DNA of 64,000 nt from Basidiobolus meristosporus CBS 931.73. Lineage: Eukaryota; Fungi; Basidiobolomycota. The notes under the pieces were generated by a model. The model did no database searches and was not told the DNA's origin. It saw nothing but the letters and a program-made list of their open reading frames with translations. Made by a program: the position numbers and the translations under genes. This document shows positions 12,946-26,150 of this stretch, piece by piece. The stretch covers positions 1 through 64,000 of the forward strand of contig MCFE01000315.1 in assembly GCA_002104905.1 (NCBI GenBank), written 5' to 3'. The stretch's first letter is position 1. Each line of letters starts with the position of its first letter.

Positions 12946-14402
12946 CACTAGCACTGACACTGACACTGGCACACTGCTTGATTTGGTGATGCCTTCTTCC
13001 TGTATTTACCTCTTCGAAGTCTTCCCAAGTTTTCAATAAATCTTGTAAATTGATCATTCAATCGCGACCATTTCTTCTCGCTACGCGATTCTGTCGATGG
13101 GATGGTGTGATGAGTAGAAGTGACAGGCGGCTTTACGGTGAGACGAAAAATGACGTGCGTATGGGGAAGGGTTCGTCACCAATCCTGGCGAGTGTTGTTG
13201 GAGCCTCAACCGTATCTGGAAAGCTTGAGGAACCACTGGCCCAAGGCTCTAGGTGCCCAAGACACGAAGGAGTCAAGTGAGACCCAGGCCTGGAACTGAA
13301 GGAGTGCAGGGGCGTTTCCACATGCTAGAGTAGGGACGGGCAATGCGACAGGAGCGGGAAGAGACGTGTCACTTGGTGTTTCCAACCAACCAAATGTGGG
13401 TGAGCTTTTGTTAGTTGGGCGAATCTCCCTACCTCCAAACCCTTGGGCTCGTGGCCAAGATTTGATCTGATCTGTGAAGCTCTAACCCTTTCCGACCCAC
13501 AGCGATGGTGAATCGGTCATAAAGGCAGGGGGTGGGGTGTCGATCCACCTGGTGGCCATCTTGATGAATCAAAATCGGCGTATGCCTACCCAGCATCCCC
13601 AAGATGATCCCACAAATCCCCATCAGATATGTTGTACCACGAAGTTCCGAATCCCCTTCGCAAAACCCCTACCGTCCACCATGGGATGGGTTCGGGGATA
13701 TTCCACTTGCGCATCGTCCCAGATTCTGCATGGCCGCTCTGTGGCGCCGTCTGGGTGAATACGCTGTTGCTAAGCGTCCTACCAAAAAGCTGTCCTGGTG
13801 ACCTGGACGAAATGTATGTGGCCGCCATTCTCTTTCGGCACCAAATCTGCGTTGCAAGCTCCATCCAATGGGAGGCAAGGTATACAATCGTGGTATATGA
13901 ACCACTTGGTCAATGCCGTTCAACGGTAGGCCAATTCAAAGTGAGAATCACTCACAGTAGTATGCGCAATGGAATCTGCTGTCTGGGAAAAGGTACGAGT
14001 CCAATATTCTGGTGCTAGTCAGGTATATAGATGGATGGTCGTGGACTCCCTGGCCTACATGTAGAGCTGGGCAATATTGGAATGGTGGAGCTTGGTGACC
14101 AAACAACTAATGCATGTATGATATCCTCGTGTATTCATATGGTATACGCTTTGTACCCCCAATTCTGGTACCTGTCTTTAAGCATCTCTGTCATAAGGTA
14201 TACAAATTCCCCTTGACCGTACTAATACCGCACTCCTACCCAATATACTAACCAGTGGGTACCATGAAAATCACCAAGCTCTCCAAACCATCCCCAACAA
14301 TTGCAAAACTCTGGAACTTGAAGACTGATTCCCTTCCTTGTTCCTTTGGCCTACTGCACCTGGCACTCTCAAGTTTACATCGTAAGTATTTAGCTTACGC
14401 CT

Positions 14403-14669
14403 ACACCATACATTTATCCTATGAAAATCTCAAAGTTGGAATTTATCGGATTTTTTGCTGGTATTCAGCTGGTGTTTCTGCTTCGAAATTTCAGTGGCAA
14501 TTGTTGGTGGAAGTGATGAGCAGCTGATTACCAAACTTGGCACCAGTGCCAGTTGGCCTAGTCTCCTCTAGGAAAGGGTGTCTACTTGTCTGCTGTAAAG
14601 CTAATACCTGAGATGTTGGGAGTTGCCAATTTTGGGAAAGTTGGAACTCAGCTGATATTACAATGGTGT
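14403..14669 (+). repeat. Small interspersed repeat (~270 bp) rich in CAGCTG, MITE-like
   Basis: Aligns by eye with the reverse complement of ~27470-27760 and partly with ~59535-59640. Short terminal inverted ACACCAT/ATGGTGT. Confidence 0.55.
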
Positions 14670-14989
14670 TCAACTGGACTTTTCTTAATTTCTATTTGCA
14701 GGGATACTTTTAGATTCTATTTAGCTTACTATCTTAGTTGTGATATATTTGCCGGTGACTTAGTTTGCCAGACATTAATCAACATCTAGATCTAGTGAAG
14801 GCCTGGATTCAAGCCCAATTTCCTGTCAGTACCAATAGGCCTAAACTCTGCTCACCACCCCCTGTAGCTTCTCCAAGATAGCCTAATTCCTGGTTACAGA
14901 AAGTACTCCTAAATACAGGAATATTAAAACTCTAAATCCAACAGGCAAGCATCACATAGTCTTTTCATATCTTTAAACTATTGTAAGAG

Positions 14990-15324
14990 TTTTGGAGATA
15001 TTGGAAGTGATTGGCAGAACAGGTAGATTCTGGAGTTTTCCCTTGATGATTTATTGAATATGAAAATAGAACTTGTACTTTTACATGGTCTTGGCAAAAT
15101 AGGCACAAAGTATAGGTTTTAGAAAGTCCTGATAAGATGCATGCAAAGTGTGGGGCAGCTTGGACAATCTTGAGTAGTTTGATATTATGGGTACCCAATG
15201 TTTTGATGAAAACACTCAAAGTAAATCCCAACAAGCAATTTGGTGAGAATTGTCCATGATTTGTGGGCTATGATCTAGACGACTAAGTTTGGTGAATATG
15301 TTAGTGTACTTGACCTAAGCAACA
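14990..15324. repeat. LTR-like repeat family B (degenerate)
   Basis: Homologous to 17769-18105 (tgttggagatattggaagtgat...caaca) and adjacent to Copia coding relics. Confidence 0.55.
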
Positions 15325-15763
15325 CTCTTTCTTATGCACAATGAAGTAATCTTATTTATTGATGTCAATATATGACACACAAGGATTTACTTCATGGCAA
15401 GAAAGGAAGAAGCCCTTACTAACCCCAGGGAGCTTGAAGCCATGGTGGAGCCAGAAACTGGTGAATTATTTAAGTAAATATGCTCTGGCATTGGCAGAAA
15501 TTGAACCTCAAGACTCTTGACCCACTACTACAAAACTAATGGACTAAAGCCAGATGCCACTATAGAATACTACTCGTAGCAAAATGGAGTGTCAGAACAT
15601 GCAATAATAACAGTAACTGATATGGAGAGACTCATGATCCATTGTCAGAAATTATCACATAGTTTTGGGCAGAATCAGTTGCTAGTGTTGCATATCTTAA
15701 AAGTAGGAGTTATAGCAGAGTATTTGGTGATTCTGCTCCATTGGAGGCATGACACCTGAATAC

Positions 15764-17163
15764 TGTTGTATCCAAGAGAAAAGTGTAATAAACTCTTCAA
15801 TAAGTGAACTAAACCTAAGTAACAACTGTTGTGCATCAACATTTAAAACTTAACCAATTTCTTTCTGTCAGAAAATCCAGTACCCTAACTGATTTTTCCT
15901 AACCTAAACATACTAGTCCCTGTTATGGTTTATTCTATTGCTTCTCAGAATATATTTTTGGTGGTTGCACCTGATCAATTCTTATGTGGTCATTACATCC
16001 TCAACTTACCTGCTAAGCCTTTCCAAGTGATTAGTTATTTGAGATCTATCCAACCACTTGGCAGTTGCCAAGATATCAGCTGATTAATGATGCAAATTTT
16101 CATTTATCTTATGCACCTATCAACACCCCAACAGATTTCAATTAGTCCAGTCTCTAGGTACTTAGTAGTTTTACTTGAACAGAAAAGTATAAATAAAGTT
16201 TATGGAACCTTTTGGTTTAGTGTATGTCTCCACAAAATTAAGATTGTGTCACAGCAAAATTAAGAATTCAACAATTCTGTTCTAGTTTCTACCCAATCCT
16301 AGCATATCTAGCACTCCCAAGAACACCAAGCCTAGCCTGCATAGCAAACCAACTCTGTTGCCTTTATAGCCCAACTCAGCTATATACAAGACCAATATTA
16401 GACTAGAACTTCTCTGCTAATATTTCTGTCACTCTTGACAATTATAAGATTCTGCACTTAGTTGTCACTTAGGTTCATTTAACTCATTCAAGAGTTTTAT
16501 TACACTTTTCTCTTGGATACAACAACCACCAAGTGCAGAATCTTAGAATTGTCAAGGGTGACAGAACTATTTGCAGAGAGGTTCTGGCCTAATATTGGTC
16601 TTGTGTATAGCTGAGTTGGGCTATAAAGGCAACAGAGTTGGTTTGCTATGCAGGCTAGGCTTGGTGTTCTTGGGAGTGCTAGTCATGCTAGGCTTGGGTA
16701 GAAACTAGAACAGAATTGTTGAATTCTTAATTTTGCTGTGACACAATCTTAATTTTGTGGAGACACACACTAAACCAGAAGGTTCAGTAAACTTTATTTA
16801 TACTTTTCTGATCAAGTTGAACTAGTAAGTGCCTCAAGACTGGACTAATTGAAATTTGCTGAGGTGTTGATAGGTACATAAGATGAATGAAAAATTGCAT
16901 CATTAATCAGCTGATGTCTTGGCTACTGCTAAGTGGTTGGATAGATCTCAAATGACTATCACTTGGAGAGGCTTAGCAGATCAGTTGAGCACATAATGAC
17001 CACATAAGAATTGACCAGGTGTGACAGCTAAAAGTAGATTCTGAGAAGTGATAAAGTAAACCATAAAAGGGATTAGTTATGTTTGGGTTAGGAGAAATCA
17101 GTTTGGGTACTAGATTTTCTAATGAAGTGAAATTGGCTGAGTTTTAAGTGTTGTTGTACAACA
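15764..17163 (+). mobile_element. Solo LTR family A (~697 bp) carrying an inserted inverted copy of itself
   Basis: TGTTGTATCC...GTACAACA termini with 5-bp TSD aatac/aatat. The length minus the inner insertion and its TSD is 697 bp. Confidence 0.9.
15827..16524 (-). mobile_element. Solo LTR family A (698 bp), inverted, nested in the outer LTR
   Basis: Reverse complement of the outer LTR. TG...CA ends and TSD acaac/accac. Confidence 0.9.
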
Positions 17164-17349
17164 AATATATCCAGCTGCCCACCATGCTCCAGGACACTGC
17201 CCAGAAATCAGTCAATATTATTTTCAGCAGGTGTAAGATGCTCATTGATGGGCTACAGCAATGAGAGTAAGGCATACATACTTTGCAGTACCAAAGTAAG
17301 AAGCTAATTAAGTCAAGGCATGTGCTGATTGATGAATATTCAAAATATA

Positions 17350-17757
17350 CTCAAGATTTGATATATTTTGGTCATCTTTGTAGTAAAGAGTTCTTGCTGA
17401 AGATATATTGTCTCAGCAGCTAAACAAAATTTGTACATTTACTCTGATGCCTTCCAGACATTCTTTGCCATTTTTGCATTCAAGCATTGAGTTAGCAATT
17501 TGTCTTTGATGTTAAGGCAAATACAGTTAAAGGCACTTTGCTTTCTCTTCTGGTTCTTCAAGGTGACTTCTCTTACACCTTCAGGAGGGCATTCTTCTCC
17601 TGCAACAATAACTCAAATGTTGCATTCTAGTGGAAGCATCTTCTTCTTCACATTCCAGACTTGATAGTTAGATTCATCCTGCTATTCAGCAGAGGGAAAA
17701 ATTCCTGCAATAGCACTTGTAGATATTGAGTAGAGTGATAGCTTAGGGCTCATGACC
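17350..17757 (-). pseudogene. Ty1/Copia gag (UBN2-like) relic with PBS
   Basis: The minus strand begins with the PBS-like ggtcatgagccc (~17746-17757), followed by the degenerate ...IKDKLLTQCLNAKMAKNVWKA...IYLQQELFTTKM. Confidence 0.55.
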
Positions 17758-17768
17758 TGCCATATGAG

Positions 17769-18105
17769 TGTTGGAGATATTGGAAGTGATTTGGAGAACA
17801 AGTTGTTTATGTGGCTTCACTTAATGACTCATTGCATATAATAGTGGTATACATAATTTAACATGGTCTTAGCAAAACAGACATGTAATATATGCTTAGG
17901 GAGATCCCAAGAGCATGTGTGCAAGGTTAGAGATCATTTGGAGAACTTTAAGATATATCTGGCTCTGGGTACCTGATATCTTGATGAGAATCTTTCAACT
18001 AAACCCTAGCACAAGATTTGGTCAGCTTTCTCTAATATTTGTGGGTAATGATCTAAGTGGCTAAGAAAGGTGAGTATTTAGGTAGAGTTCCAAATCTTTA
18101 CAACA
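17769..18105. repeat. LTR-like repeat family B
   Basis: tgttggag...tttacaaca; second copy at 14990-15324. No matching TSD. Confidence 0.55.
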
Positions 18106-21100
18106 CTCTCTACTTCCTACAAACATTGTAACCAACTACCTTATGCAAAAACACCAGCTAAATGCCAGTGGAATACCAACAGAGCATCAGATGAGCTCCA
18201 AGCTCAAGATCTTTCATAGGAATATATGAGGAATCAGAAGGTGAGCTTCAGGTGAAGGCACATAGACTGTATACAGCTGATTATCAGCTGTGTCTGCATG
18301 CTTCACCTGGACCTTTACTGGGCTTTGCCACACCAATGTGCCAGCTAATGCCTATACACACTGACCCCACTTCAATGGCAAGTGTGCTGCACATCAAGCC
18401 AAAGTATGCAGTTTAGTGCAAAACAACCAGAACTCACAGTCCAATTAATGCTTAGGTATGGCTGTGATGATACTTGCAAGTAACTGAGGTGTTATTGCTT
18501 TGGCCATTTACTGGTCTTGAGAGTTTTTTACTGCAATCTTTTAATTAGCAAACTGCTGGCTTTGTACTTGATGAGTGATGTATAATAGGACATAATCACT
18601 GGTTCCTCCAGCTATGGTGATCTCTAAGATTATGGGAACCCCTTCAAGTATGTTTTACATACTTGCATTGCCAAGAAGTATAAGGGATAACTACAACTTT
18701 GCATCAGTGAGAGTCACACAGTCAGCTTTTTCTTGAGCCCACTCCTTATATCTCACACACTTTTGCAGTAGACCTTTTCAGTAGTTTTACTATACTACAG
18801 CACCACTGTAACATGTGCCTAAGTGTGCTTCTGCACTAGTTCTGTGTACAAGTGCTTGTTTATAGTATATCATATATAGCAGCTTAGTAAGCTCAAAAAT
18901 AACCTACCAACACAAGCCTCAAGAACTTGCTGAAGATGCAAGACCCTGCCAGGTTACAGATGGAAATCTAGGTCATATCGCAATACAGCTGTTGTATAAA
19001 AGGTCCTCATTTCCACAATAAACAAAGTAACCATCCATCAGAACCATAATGCTATCATTTAAGCTCCCAGGTTGATCAATACACATTAAATTTATTAATC
19101 AATCCAACGAAACTTGAATTTGTTACAAATTTTGTATGAAAGAAGTGTAGATATGTAAGGAGAAAGGAATGCGGAGAGAAGTCGGTATAGGTTACCAGAT
19201 GTTTGTTGTTGACCCAGATTCAGATAAACAAAAATCCAAGAATCAGAATAGTCTAGATGGCATTCCTAACATAAAAAGTCAGCTGAACTGTAGGTAAAAG
19301 CAGTGAAGTAAAATGGATGCTAACATCGGATAATGCTTGTAGGGTGTAGGACATGGTTTGCTATCCCCTATGCCTTCATTCGTGCACCAGCACTCAGCGT
19401 ATGCACAAACCAAACAATCCCCACCCTTACATCATATTTACGATAACAACTGTGCAGCTATCACCCATACAGTCAAGGAGAGAAAATCAGTGTCAAGGAT
19501 ACGGCAATCAAACCATATGCACATCGTTAATGTTGGTGCATGATTATTGGGCCGGATTGCTTGATCTAACGCAGAGGTAGACTGTGCTCTCGAGTTTAGC
19601 GGCTTTCCTCATCCAGCATTTGCAGAATAGTATTGCAACAGCTATGAGTCAATCCACCTGGCATATGCCCAAGGCATCACCATGTTGGACGACACATGCA
19701 TCTTATTCCCAACTGCATGGCGAGTAGGGAATCAGAGTCTCACATTTCAGCACCATTTGGCACAATGACCATCGCTTCATCACATGATGCAACCGTGGCT
19801 GACCCTTGTCTACAAATAACAAATACTCCCACCTTGTCCACCGCCTGCCCCAGAAAACTGAGCCACACTGCAATAGGTGGCCGATCTAGCGGCGGGCTGA
19901 CTGCGGACGCGGTCGTATGGTGGCAAGTATGAAGCGTCACCGCAGGATGATGCTGATCAGATGGTTGGTGTGTGCAGTGCACAATGATTAGTGGATGAAC
20001 CCTCGATCTCGATAGGAATCACACAAAGGGTTCCTTTAGTTCCGTATGGAAGGCAAACGTTGGCTGCAGTTCAGGATCGGAACCGAGACAGAATCATCGG
20101 CTTATCACGTGGGACTCTTTAACCGTACAGATCTCGAGATTAGCGAGGGCTCGGATTGCACCAGGAAGAACGGGTGAGTGATCCCAATCCACGAGTGGGC
20201 TCGGCAACTCATACGAGCCAGCGTTGCACTATCTGAGATTTAGTACGCCACCGTAATGGGCCAGTGTGACGATGGCCATTGGATATCGGGCGGCCAGCTT
20301 AAACAACCAAGGCCTGCTAGTAGGAATCCGGGTCGGAGCTGGCTGGAGATCAATCACCAGTATCCTCGGAGCCGCCACCCTGCTCACAGGAGGGACGGGT
20401 TCTTTGCCTTGGGCCGACAAACCATCCATTACCCTGGGGTATCTCATCTTTTCGGCTGCTGGAGACTGACATCCATTCGCTGCTGGGCGTGTCAGCTGGT
20501 CGTATTCCGGATGTGGCCGAATGATGTGATATCCCACTTTTGGTAAAGCAGCGATGGGATTGAGGAAAATATCGGGAGTGCAAGCTTGGATCTCTCTCAG
20601 AGCACGTGTGATTGGTCCGTCGCGTTTACCGATAATTGGGTACCTCTCGTAATATAATTGTTTAATCGTACACAGCATTCTGAATGATAAGATCGCGATT
20701 TACTCCATCGCATAGGAGATCGATACCGCTTGCCACGGCATGCATGAGCAGCGAGTGCATTGCTCTCGCCACGCAAGGCAGACAGGCCGGGTGAGTAAGG
20801 GAGAGCCCTTGGGCTACAGCAGATCAGAACCTTCCTTAGCGGCTAGCTCCATGTGATTTCCCACTCTGTTCAGAGCGCACCAAGGCCCAAATTCTCTGGA
20901 AGGGTGCGGAAGGCGCTGTGCATGAATCCGGAAATGAGTGGTTGATATCGATTTCATTACTGGATCACCAATCTTCAGAGATCTAGCATCCATTTGCAGC
21001 CTGACTAAGACTTTCATTACACATTTAAGCTACCTTCCATATTAGTGATCCCCCTTCCATTTTCTGTTTATTCTCGATGATCATAACCAATTTCCGATGA

Positions 21101-21641
21101 CAAGGGCAATTTCCCCCAATCAGCAATTTCGACCATTTTCCGCTTCCCCGATTATAATGGTTGGTTTTCTGATTGGATTTTGTAGTAGTTTCACCCTCCT
21201 TTTCCCACTCTGGTTCACCATTCAATTTGAATTTCTTCGTTCCCTTCCTTCACATTGTTTAGCCTCTTGTCAGCTCCTCGATTCTCAGCCAGCCTTACTC
21301 TGAGAACCCAAGGGGACGAGTAAACCGTCAAGAAACCGAAGCACCTTCTTAACTCTCTACCGGAACAAAGTACGCTTTCTCCCTCTGCTTTGTCTCTGCT
21401 CTGTTCTGATTTGTAGGTTTAACGGTTTGAATGCGTTTCTGTGCTCATTTAGTTATTGGAGATTCTTCATATCTCTCTCTTACGGCTGCTTTTGCACTTT
21501 GTTTTGAAACCTGGCCGCTTGGGCTAGTCGTGAGACCTGCCAATTCGAAGCACATCCTCTGTCGCTAGTTCTTGCTCCACCAGCTACCCAGCTCTATACC
21601 TGATCGCCCAGTGTATCTCTTTCGAACACCGTCTTCAACAA

Positions 21642-23149
21642 ATGGAAATCCGCCCCTCGTCTCAGAGCGCTTCGATACCCAACTCTGAAGCTAATTCTTA
21701 CCCCACCCAACGGACCTCTTTTTCCCGTGGCTCAGCAGAGTACTTAAACAATCCAAATTCGCTAGGTCATAGCAACTCCCCGCAAATGCTCCCAAGCATA
21801 TCCAACACCAAGCCTAGTCTCTCCGAACCCTCCTATTATTCCGGGGCACCTAAAATGACCCCTCCGATATCTTTGGACCAAGCAGGCCCGCAGAGATACG
21901 GTTTCGAGAAGCCCCCAATGGATTCGGAGCCGTATCGTGGTAGTCACCCTTATAGCCAATCGCCCTCCGACGCCGTAAAAGGGCCTCAAGACATTCGTGA
22001 TGCCTATCACTCCCGAGAGTATTCTAATTATGTAAAATATCCACCAGCTCAACGGAAGTATCCACCCTTCGAGCACGAACGTGAGCGCGAACCAAATTAC
22101 GACTACTATAGAGCAAACAAAGACGACCCCTCCTACCACAGAGCAAGCAACAATGCCCCTGAAGGGGGCCATCACTGGAGTCCGGCCGACCCAAGCGTAC
22201 GGCACTACGAATCCCACCTACAGCGCTATCCACCATCCACCAGGGGTTATCACGATGGCCATGGCTATGCAGTGGGGGCAGTTGAAAGGACATCGTCTAC
22301 ACACAAGCGAGATGGTTACTTTGAGCAAACACGACCACGAAACCCGAACATCACAGAGCCGGAAAGAAAGGTTGAAGTGAAAACCGAGGATCCCTCGAGC
22401 GAGCCACGCACCAAAAACTCATCACCTCTAGCGTTGGACAAGGTGGTTGAGAATTGCCGAATGCTATCTCACTTTGCTTTTGAGTATGGCAGCCGGTCTG
22501 ATAGAGCATATCCATATCCATCAGACGACCTGGTGAAAGAGATGGCGGCCAAGGCACAGGATATTCTGCATGTCCTAACCAGCTTGGGCTCGGAGAACGC
22601 GAAGATAGGCAATAGACCGGAGGTATGTTTGGATGAAACATGGGGCATTCGTTATTGTTGCTCACCGTTACCTTCCCTGAAGCAATCATTGGGAGACGAA
22701 GACATGGAGTACATTCGCAACAAGCGCACTTTGCTGGCACCTTCCAAGCCGAAGTATAGAAAACGCAGTGTAGGTTTTTCAGATTTCATTTAGTTATTCC
22801 TCGCCAGGTATTAACCAAGTGCATAGAAGAGATCGGGCCAGCCACCACCTGGAAGATGCCATTCGTGTAACACGACCGAGACCCCCGAGTGGAGGCGAGG
22901 ACCAGATGGTGCACGAACACTCTGTAATGCCTGTGGACTTCGTAAGTGCATTTCAAATTTCGTGATTTACATAGACGCTCGCTGAATACCGAACCCCCAG
23001 ATTTTGCCAAACTCACTCGTAAAAGAGCGCTGGTCGCGGCAGCCACCGCCAACGACGACAACTCCGAAAGCGGAGATAAAGAGCCCACCCGAAGGCCCGA
23101 CGTTGACAACGGGAGAAGTAACGACAGCGCCAAGTCCAGCGATGCTTAG
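21642..23149 (+). CDS. nsdD: GATA zinc-finger transcription factor, NsdD/SUB-1/Brg1 type
   Basis: Introns 22770-22826 and 22942-23000 (plus probable in-frame intron 22623-22682) give PKYRKRS|[39 protein letters not shown]|FAKL, a C-x2-C-x18-C-x2-C finger. The upstream helical motif [18 protein letters not shown] is also typical of the NsdD group. Confidence 0.9.
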
Positions 23150-25884
23150 CAAATAATCACTCCTCTTTGAAGGGCCTTTCGCATTTGATTTGGCGCTCGC
23201 TAGAGTGCAGGATACGTTTGCATCTTAATGATACTTGCGCAGCTGCTTTCGTCGCGACCATTAGACCTGGCATATTTAGTACCCCTCCTCCTTCGACGCC
23301 TCCTTGTTTATCGGATCCGAGTTCCATCCTAAGCAGACACCTTTTCCACCCCTCCGCCTCCGCCTCCGCTCACCTATTCGTTTAGCTAGGAAACTCCCTT
23401 TGCTTTCTAGCAGTTGATTTTATATTCTATCGGGTACACAGCGATCAACGCCTCATTGGCATTCCCTTAGCATACTTTTCTATTTGCTCCCTTCCCTTTG
23501 ATTGCCACCACCTAGCGAGGTTCACTGGACTCTTTTTCATATCTGGCACACTAGCAAGCCACACCCATCCTTGCATGTAACTACCAACTATTCCAGTCAA
23601 GTATTACGTGGTATATATATTCTTCACATGAGTCCCATCGGGTCACCTTCCATTCGTCAGTCCGGGCTTAGCGGGAAGCCAACCACCGGGACACTACGTT
23701 TTGGCTCGGAGGCACACCACCCACGAACAGCCCTGCACGTGGTTGCACGGAATTCGGCTTCCTCTCCCCCCTCCAAATCTCCCGAATCACCCATCCCACC
23801 ACCCAGACCCGGAGCCGAAGTTGTTGGATTCGGACGCATGCTCCAACGTACCTACCTAGAGATATGACAATAGAGCAAGCATTAGTAACACAAGTCGGAT
23901 AATAAATCGTTGATTTAAGATCTTCATTGGGGGGGGGAATTCATGGGATGACAAGTAGATCGATGGGGTCCTGTGCTATCTAGATTCCCAATGGGGCATG
24001 ACGAATGTGAGAGAGCAGCGGCAGCTCCGTAGTCTCAGGGAAGCTCACATGGCTTCAACATTCCCTTGGACAAGGCGGCTCCTTCGGGGCCTGGTCCAAG
24101 CGGTGTCATTTCCCTTCGCATCGCCCTGGTGGTCAACTGATGCAGAGGTGAATGCACGGCGTCTCGTGACGGAGGGATTTTCTCAAGCACGGAAGATCTC
24201 TGGCGATCCAAGCTCAGAGCCCTACCTAATTCGCCAATGCGACAGGGAAATCCCCTACGAGCGATGGGGATCCCATGGCTTCCTCAGAAACCACCGCCAA
24301 AGGGGTGGCTTGTGGTCGAATCGTTGATGCATGGTCTCACATCGACGCTCCTCACGCACACCCGTGGTGCGTGAAATTCTTGCAGCGCGACTTCGCTTGC
24401 CATGAATAGGGGCGTACGGGGAGTGACGCTTGGGATAGCGCGCAACCGGAATCCAAGTAGCACCATGGTACATGAACCAATTTATCTGACGAGGTGCTGG
24501 GACTATCCATGTTGGTAGTTCGTGCCACATCAATCCACTTCAGGATGATCGAGATCCAATGCATCCGTGACCAATCTACCATTTCAATGGTGACCTCGCA
24601 ATATGCTTGTGCCCAATGGATCTTCAGAAGCGATATTTTTCGAGGCGGATCTGCTCCTGGGAGTCATGCGCACAACGCAATCTCCCTGATCTCGGGTGCC
24701 ATGCCCATCCAGGAACCTTTTCTAGGTAGATGAGTAATCGGCGCTCGCACTGGTACTAGGCCAAATCGATGACAATCATCCCTTCCCGAATCCCCTCTCC
24801 ATCAATCGGAGCATTTTGTCGAGGCCACCAAGACGCCATCGACATCGCCATCGCCATCGCCTTGGTCGAGGGATCCGATTCTCTTGGCACCACCACCCCT
24901 CTCCTAGGTCCGGAATTTCCTTCCAAGAAACTCGTTGCTGCTCTATCCCACGGTCATTTCCAAGGTTATCCAATCGACGTCGTGGCCGGCAGCCCAATCC
25001 TGCCCAACCTGAACCAATCAGATCCCGGCCAACCGACCCAGAAGACAGTTCACATCAACTCTGGAGTCCGCCGCTCCACCGACAAACCACCCAGTTCGAA
25101 GTGCAGTAGGCCCCAAACCAGCGGCCCAGACGTCTCAATGGTCTGCATGGCTGCTCGATCCAACTCGGTTCCCGGGCTTTCCCACACTGATTAGCGTAAC
25201 CCTACGGCCCACCATCTATTTCATGTTCACTTGGGCGGCATTGGTGGCCACCGTTGCAAGCGCCCACCCCTCCTGATTCGTACCTTGTGGGCGACAATGG
25301 CTCAGCCTCAGCCCCAGCCCCCGACACGGTCTAGCCCTAACCTTAACCCTAAATGAACTCGACATCTCTGAATGATCCGATTGATGACCGTGTCCACAAT
25401 CCGCTACCAAGGCATCAGCAACACCATCATTTGCTGTGGAGAGTGGGGGACTAGAGGATCCTAAGCCCGAAATAGATGCGGCGGATTCGTCGAAGGATGC
25501 CCCAAGGGAGACATCTTTTTGGATAGATTCCCCTGGAAACCAGACTTCCGCCGTCCCATCCCCTCCGCCAATCCCGCCTATGCCCACCCCTATCTACACT
25601 TGGCAGTTGAAACCGCACCCCAGCCTTGGGTCGCTCTGATTCACCCATGGGTGTCACCAGTGGGGGGTGGGGCCAATCAGCGGTGGGTCATCCTCATCCC
25701 ATCTCGGCCACATCTTCCCTACCATCGATTCAGGCAACACAAGGTTCCCATCACTAACGGAACCGTCGGCGATGTCAGGCACCACCCACATAGGTGCCAG
25801 TATCAACCTCCATGGTTGGCCAATCCGGATATCTCCGATGCAATCGTAAGGGGTGCAAGATCACAGTCATCGCCATCGTTAGCG

Positions 25885-26150
25885 TCAGCATGATGTTGAT
25901 AATGATGCGATGATGATGTTGATGGTGAGGATGAGGATGAGGAGGATGGAGAAGTGGATGATGATGATGCTGACGACGAGGACAGCATGGACGATCCATC
26001 TTGGGCCCATGTTTCCGTCCACGCTCCCCACATCGCAATGGCCAATTCGGGACAGGGTTGGTGGGATGGATTCGCACATCCTCCATCACCATCACCATCA
26101 CCATCGCATCCCCGTAGCCATAACTCGCAACCCGCAACCCGCAACCCCCA
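25885..26150. repeat. Low-complexity (GAT/GAG)n and (CACCAT)n/(CGCAACC)n simple repeats
   Basis: Seen directly in the sequence; the source of several spurious poly-H/poly-M/poly-S ORFs. Confidence 0.8.

Larger units (their letters stand above)
15345..17345 (+). pseudogene. Ty1/Copia integrase relic interrupted by nested solo LTRs
   Basis: Degenerate translation LFIDV..., QNGVSEHA, WAESVASVAYLK lies before the insertion and GYSNESKAY...KLIKSRHVLIDE after it (integrase core plus the downstream SH3-like region). Multiple stops. Confidence 0.75.

Noticed and set aside
13429-14216. Cluster of overlapping short ORFs
   Set aside because: No recognisable motifs and no strand preference; probably promoter or intergenic DNA.
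20229-20678. 149-aa minus-strand ORF with ParA-like ILVIDLQP
   Set aside because: No Walker A motif or other family support.
25335-25352. Telomere-like ccctaa-ccttaa-ccctaa
   Set aside because: Only three imperfect units in low-complexity DNA, with no junction context.
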